A stretch of DNA of 64,000 nucleotides from Escherichia coli (GTDB taxonomy: Bacteria; Pseudomonadota; Gammaproteobacteria; Enterobacterales; Enterobacteriaceae): NCBI RefSeq assembly GCF_024298765.1, contig NZ_CP101210.1; one strand, given 5' to 3'. The notes beneath the pieces are model-generated. The model was given only the letters and a program-made list of their open reading frames with translations, had not been told where the DNA came from and did no database searches. This document shows positions 60,023-64,000 of the stretch, one piece after another. Made by a program: the position numbers and the translations under genes. Every line of letters starts with the position of its first letter. Position 1 is the first letter of the stretch.

Positions 60023-61015
60023 ATGAGTCAGAATACGCTGAAAGTTCATGATTTAAATGAAGATGCGGAATTTGATGAGAACGGAGTTGAGGTTTTTGAC
60101 GAAAAGGCCTTAGTAGAAGAGGAACCCAGTGATAACGATTTGGCCGAAGAGGAACTGTTATCGCAGGGAGCCACACAGCGTGTGCTGGACGCGACTCAGC
60201 TTTACCTTGGTGAGATTGGTTATTCACCACTGTTAACGGCCGAAGAAGAAGTTTATTTTGCGCGTCGCGCACTGCGTGGAGATGTCGCCTCTCGCCGCCG
60301 GATGATCGAGAGTAACTTGCGTCTGGTGGTAAAAATTGCCCGCCGTTATGGCAATCGTGGTCTGGCGTTGCTGGACCTGATCGAAGAGGGCAACCTGGGG
60401 CTGATCCGCGCGGTAGAGAAGTTTGACCCGGAACGTGGTTTCCGCTTCTCAACATACGCAACCTGGTGGATTCGCCAGACGATCGAACGGGCGATTATGA
60501 ACCAAACCCGTACTATTCGTTTGCCGATTCACATCGTAAAGGAGCTGAACGTTTACCTGCGAACCGCACGCGAGTTGTCCCATAAACTGGACCACGAACC
60601 AAGTGCGGAAGAGATCGCAGAGCAACTGGATAAGCCAGTTGATGACGTCAGCCGTATGCTTCGTCTTAACGAGCGCATTACCTCGGTAGACACCCCGCTG
60701 GGTGGTGATTCCGAAAAAGCGTTGCTGGACATCCTGGCCGATGAAAAAGAGAACGGTCCGGAAGATACCACGCAAGATGACGATATGAAGCAGAGCATCG
60801 TCAAATGGCTGTTCGAGCTGAACGCCAAACAGCGTGAAGTACTGGCACGTCGATTCGGTTTGCTGGGGTACGAAGCGGCAACACTGGAAGATGTAGGTCG
60901 TGAAATTGGCCTCACCCGTGAACGTGTTCGCCAGATTCAGGTTGAAGGCCTGCGCCGTTTGCGCGAAATCCTGCAAACGCAGGGGCTGAATATCGAAGCG
61001 CTGTTCCGCGAATAA
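60023..61015 (+). CDS. rpoS: RNA polymerase sigma factor RpoS (sigma-38)
   Basis: Track ORF 59987-61015 trimmed to the ATG at 60023 ([17 protein letters not shown], 330 aa); no internal stop. Confidence 0.96.
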   Translation: MSQNTLKVHDLNEDAEFDENGVEVFDEKALVEEEPSDNDLAEEELLSQGATQRVLDATQLYLGEIGYSPLLTAEEEVYFARRALRGDVASRRRMIESNLRLVVKIARRYGNRGLALLDLIEEGNLGLIRAVEKFDPERGFRFSTYATWWIRQTIERAIMNQTRTIRLPIHIVKELNVYLRTARELSHKLDHEPSAEEIAEQLDKPVDDVSRMLRLNERITSVDTPLGGDSEKALLDILADEKENGPEDTTQDDDMKQSIVKWLFELNAKQREVLARRFGLLGYEAATLEDVGREIGLTRERVRQIQVEGLRRLREILQTQGLNIEALFRE

Positions 61016-61030
61016 GTAAGCATCTGTCAG

Positions 61031-61067
61031 AAAGGCCAGTCTCTTATGAGGCTGGCCTTTTTCTTTT
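61031..61067 (+). terminator. rpoS Rho-independent terminator
   Basis: AAAGGCCAGTC-TCTTATGAG-GCTGGCCTTT hairpin followed by a T-run. Confidence 0.8.
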
Positions 61068-61135
61068 GTATGGGGAGTTGGTATGTTTCGTCGCCTGGAT
61101 AAGACACGTCAGCGTCCCATCCGGCAATCAACATC

Positions 61136-61576
61136 CTATTTGCTCATCATCTTGCGCACCAGCTGCATAAACAGCTCCTGCTCTTCTCCACTCAAACGCC
61201 CCAAAAATTCCTCATCCACACTGTCACCTATCGGTATCGCCGCAGCAAGTATCTTTTCGCCTTCGGCAGTCAGCCAGACAAAGCGTCGCCGCTTGTCAGC
61301 GGCGTCATGTTCACGTCTGACTAAGCCACGATTTTCCATTCTTGCCAACATTTCTGCCAGCGTTGCTTTGGTGCTGACTGCTGCTTCTATCAGTGCCACC
61401 TGTTCGATACCAGGCTTATCAGCAATGGCGCGCATCACCGCGTACTGTGGTTTGGTCAGGTCAGGTAACTCGTGCTGCCAGCGAGCTGTATGCTGCTGAA
61501 AAAGCTGTCGTAACTGATGGAACGCTTTATTTCGTAACGCCATGTAAACTCCGGGCAAACTATCTGCCGCTATCAT
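61136..61576 (-). CDS. MarR/SlyA-family transcriptional regulator (rpoS-mutS variable region)
   Basis: 146-aa ORF with a winged-helix MarR-like core; divergent from the downstream decarboxylase genes. Confidence 0.8.
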   Translation of the reverse strand: MIAADSLPGVYMALRNKAFHQLRQLFQQHTARWQHELPDLTKPQYAVMRAIADKPGIEQVALIEAAVSTKATLAEMLARMENRGLVRREHDAADKRRRFVWLTAEGEKILAAAIPIGDSVDEEFLGRLSGEEQELFMQLVRKMMSK

Positions 61577-61689
61577 AGCGGTTTTTCAGTGACGAAGAAG
61601 ATGTTGTTACTTTTCAGCGCTTGCCGCGATGAAAACAGAGGCGTATTTTAATAATAACGTTCGTATACGAACAATTTAGAGAGTAAGCA

Positions 61690-62283
61690 ATGAAACTGAT
61701 CGTCGGGATGACAGGGGCTACCGGTGCGCCTCTTGGTGTGGCATTACTGCAAGCGCTGCGGGAGATGCCGAATGTCGAGACTCATCTGGTGATGTCGACG
61801 TGGGCGAAAACCACCATTGAACTGGAAACGCCTTACAGCGCCCGCGATGTTGCTGCCCTCGCAGACTTCAGCCATAACCCGGCGGATCAGGCGGCGACCA
61901 TCTCCTCAGGTTCCTTTCGTACCGACGGCATGATCGTTATTCCGTGCAGTATGAAAACGCTCGCCGGTATCCGTGCCGGTTACGCCGATGGCCTGGTGGG
62001 GCGCGCGGCGGACGTCGTGCTCAAAGAAGGCCGCAAACTAGTGCTGGTGCCGCGTGAAATGCCGCTTAGCACCATCCATCTCGAAAATATGCTCGCACTT
62101 TCACGCATGGGCGTGGCGATGGTGCCGCCGATGCCTGCCTTTTATAACCATCCCGAAACGGTAGATGACATTGTCCACCACGTGGTAGCCCGCGTGCTGG
62201 ATCAATTTGGCCTCGAACATCCCCACGCCAGGCGCTGGCAAGGATTGCCGCAGGTCCGGAATTTTTCTCAGGAGAATGAATAA
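61690..62283 (+). CDS. UbiX/Pad1-family flavin prenyltransferase (hydroxyarylic acid decarboxylase subunit B-like)
   Basis: 197-aa ORF; MKLIVGMTGATGA N-terminus typical of UbiX. Confidence 0.85.
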   Translation: MKLIVGMTGATGAPLGVALLQALREMPNVETHLVMSTWAKTTIELETPYSARDVAALADFSHNPADQAATISSGSFRTDGMIVIPCSMKTLAGIRAGYADGLVGRAADVVLKEGRKLVLVPREMPLSTIHLENMLALSRMGVAMVPPMPAFYNHPETVDDIVHHVVARVLDQFGLEHPHARRWQGLPQVRNFSQENE

Positions 62284-63710
62284 TGGCATTTGATGATTTA
62301 CGCAGCTTTTTACAGGCGCTTGATGACCACGGCCAGTTACTGAAAATCAGCGAAGAGGTGAACGCGGAACCGGATCTGGCAGCCGCAGCCAACGCCACCG
62401 GGCGTATCGGCGACGGCGCGCCCGCGCTTTGGTTTGATAATATTCGCGGCTTTATCGATGCCCGCGTGGCAATGAACACCATCGGTTCCTGGCAGAACCA
62501 CGCGATTTCCCTCGGCCTGCCGCCAAACACCCCGGTTAAAAAACAGATTGATGAGTTTATCCGCCGCTGGGATAACTTCCCCATTGCCCCGGAGCGCCGC
62601 GCCAATCCAGCCTGGGCGCAGAACACCGTCGATGGCGACGAGATCAACCTGTTCGATATTCTGCCACTGTTTCGTTTAAACGACGGTGATGGCGGTTTCT
62701 ATCTCGACAAAGCGTGCGTGGTTTCCCGCGATCCGCTTGATCCGGATAACTTCGGCAAGCAGAACGTCGGCATCTACCGTATGGAAGTGAAGGGTAAGCG
62801 TAAGCTCGGTCTGCAACCGGTGCCGATGCACGATATCGCCCTGCATCTGCATAAAGCGGAAGAGCGCGGTGAAGATCTGCCGATTGCAATCACGCTCGGT
62901 AACGATCCGATCATCACCCTGATGGGGGCCACGCCGCTGAAATACGATCAGTCTGAGTATGAAATGGCAGGCGCGCTGCGCGAAAGCCCGTACCCGATCG
63001 CCACCGCCCCGCTGACCGGTTTTGATGTGCCGTGGGGCTCGGAAGTGATCCTCGAAGGGGTCATCGAAAGCCGTAAACGCGAAATCGAAGGGCCGTTCGG
63101 TGAGTTTACCGGGCACTACTCCGGCGGGCGTAATATGACCGTCGTGCGCATTGATAAAGTCTCTTATCGCAGCAAACCCATTTTTGAATCGCTCTATCTC
63201 GGGATGCCGTGGACGGAAATCGACTACCTGATGGGGCCAGCCACCTGCGTGCCGCTGTATCAGCAACTGAAAGCCGAGTTCCCGGAAGTGCAGGCGGTGA
63301 ACGCCATGTACACCCACGGCCTTCTGGCGATTATCTCCACCAAAAAACGCTACGGCGGCTTTGCCCGCGCGGTGGGCCTGCGTGCGATGACCACGCCGCA
63401 CGGTCTGGGCTACGTGAAGATGGTGATTATGGTCGATGAAGACGTTGATCCGTTCAACCTGCCGCAGGTGATGTGGGCGCTCTCCTCGAAAGTGAACCCG
63501 GCAGGGGATTTGGTGCAGTTGCCGAATATGTCCGTGCTGGAACTCGACCCCGGCTCAAGCCCGGCCGGTATCACCGACAAGCTGATTATCGACGCCACCA
63601 CGCCTGTCGCTCCGGACAACCGTGGTCACTACAGCCAGCCGGTGGTGGATTTACCGGAAACCAAAGCCTGGGCTGAAAAACTGACCGCTATGCTGGCCGC
63701 ACGTCAATAA
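62283..63710 (+). CDS. UbiD-family reversible decarboxylase (hydroxyarylic acid decarboxylase subunit C-like)
   Basis: 475-aa ORF whose start overlaps the preceding stop. Confidence 0.85.
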   Translation: MAFDDLRSFLQALDDHGQLLKISEEVNAEPDLAAAANATGRIGDGAPALWFDNIRGFIDARVAMNTIGSWQNHAISLGLPPNTPVKKQIDEFIRRWDNFPIAPERRANPAWAQNTVDGDEINLFDILPLFRLNDGDGGFYLDKACVVSRDPLDPDNFGKQNVGIYRMEVKGKRKLGLQPVPMHDIALHLHKAEERGEDLPIAITLGNDPIITLMGATPLKYDQSEYEMAGALRESPYPIATAPLTGFDVPWGSEVILEGVIESRKREIEGPFGEFTGHYSGGRNMTVVRIDKVSYRSKPIFESLYLGMPWTEIDYLMGPATCVPLYQQLKAEFPEVQAVNAMYTHGLLAIISTKKRYGGFARAVGLRAMTTPHGLGYVKMVIMVDEDVDPFNLPQVMWALSSKVNPAGDLVQLPNMSVLELDPGSSPAGITDKLIIDATTPVAPDNRGHYSQPVVDLPETKAWAEKLTAMLAARQ

Positions 63711-63720
63711 GGAGAACAAG

Positions 63721-63957
63721 ATGATTTGTCCACGTTGTGCCGATGAACAGATTGAAGTGATGGCGAAATCGCCGGTAAAAGATGTCTGGATGGTCTACCA
63801 GTGCCAGCATTGCCTCTATACCTGGCGCGATACCGAACCGCTACGCCGCACCAGCCGCGAACATTATCCCGAAGCGTTCCGCATGACGCAGAAAGATATT
63901 GATGACGCGCCGATGGTGCCGAGCATCCCGCCGCTGCTGGCGGAAGGTAAGCGCTAA
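63721..63957 (+). CDS. Small zinc-ribbon subunit of the UbiD-type decarboxylase (subunit D-like)
   Basis: 78-aa ORF with CPRC...CQHC cysteine pairs. Confidence 0.75.
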   Translation: MICPRCADEQIEVMAKSPVKDVWMVYQCQHCLYTWRDTEPLRRTSREHYPEAFRMTQKDIDDAPMVPSIPPLLAEGKR

Positions 63958-63960
63958 ATA

Positions 63961-63990
63961 AAAGGTCCGATGCCCATCGGACCTTTTATT
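63961..63990 (+). terminator. Rho-independent terminator after the decarboxylase operon
   Basis: GGTCCGATG-CC-CATCGGACC hairpin followed by TTTTATT. Confidence 0.75.
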
Positions 63991-64000
63991 AAGGTCAAAT

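Overview
This window reads as an Escherichia coli chromosomal segment, mostly conserved core genes, running from ppnN/queF/syd through the gud operon, barA, rlmD-relA-mazG, pyrG-eno, the ygc cluster, cysJIH, a complete type I-E CRISPR-Cas locus, iap, cysDNC, ispDF-truD-surE-pcm-nlpD-rpoS and into the rpoS-mutS variable region. Gene calls rest on ORF length, synteny and my recognition of the translated proteins; no database search was run. The cas proteins and the GTG-type repeat differ from the K-12 versions, so the strain is not K-12. There are three CRISPR arrays: 9 repeats next to queE, a 3-repeat remnant next to ygcE, and 22 repeats downstream of cas2. Features absent from the ORF track include the CsrB sRNA with an upstream UvrY-type palindrome, an intact 50-codon Hok/Gef-family toxin ORF between cysH and cas3, and terminator-like hairpins in the leaders of ygcW and ygcS. 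mazEF is missing between relA and mazG, and ygcG is split by a +1 frameshift in a T7 run. I do not see an unambiguous, wholly novel system; the best candidates for unexplored biology are the ygc ETF-linked catabolic cluster with a possible YgcP antitermination circuit, and the hok-like locus beside the cas3 promoter.
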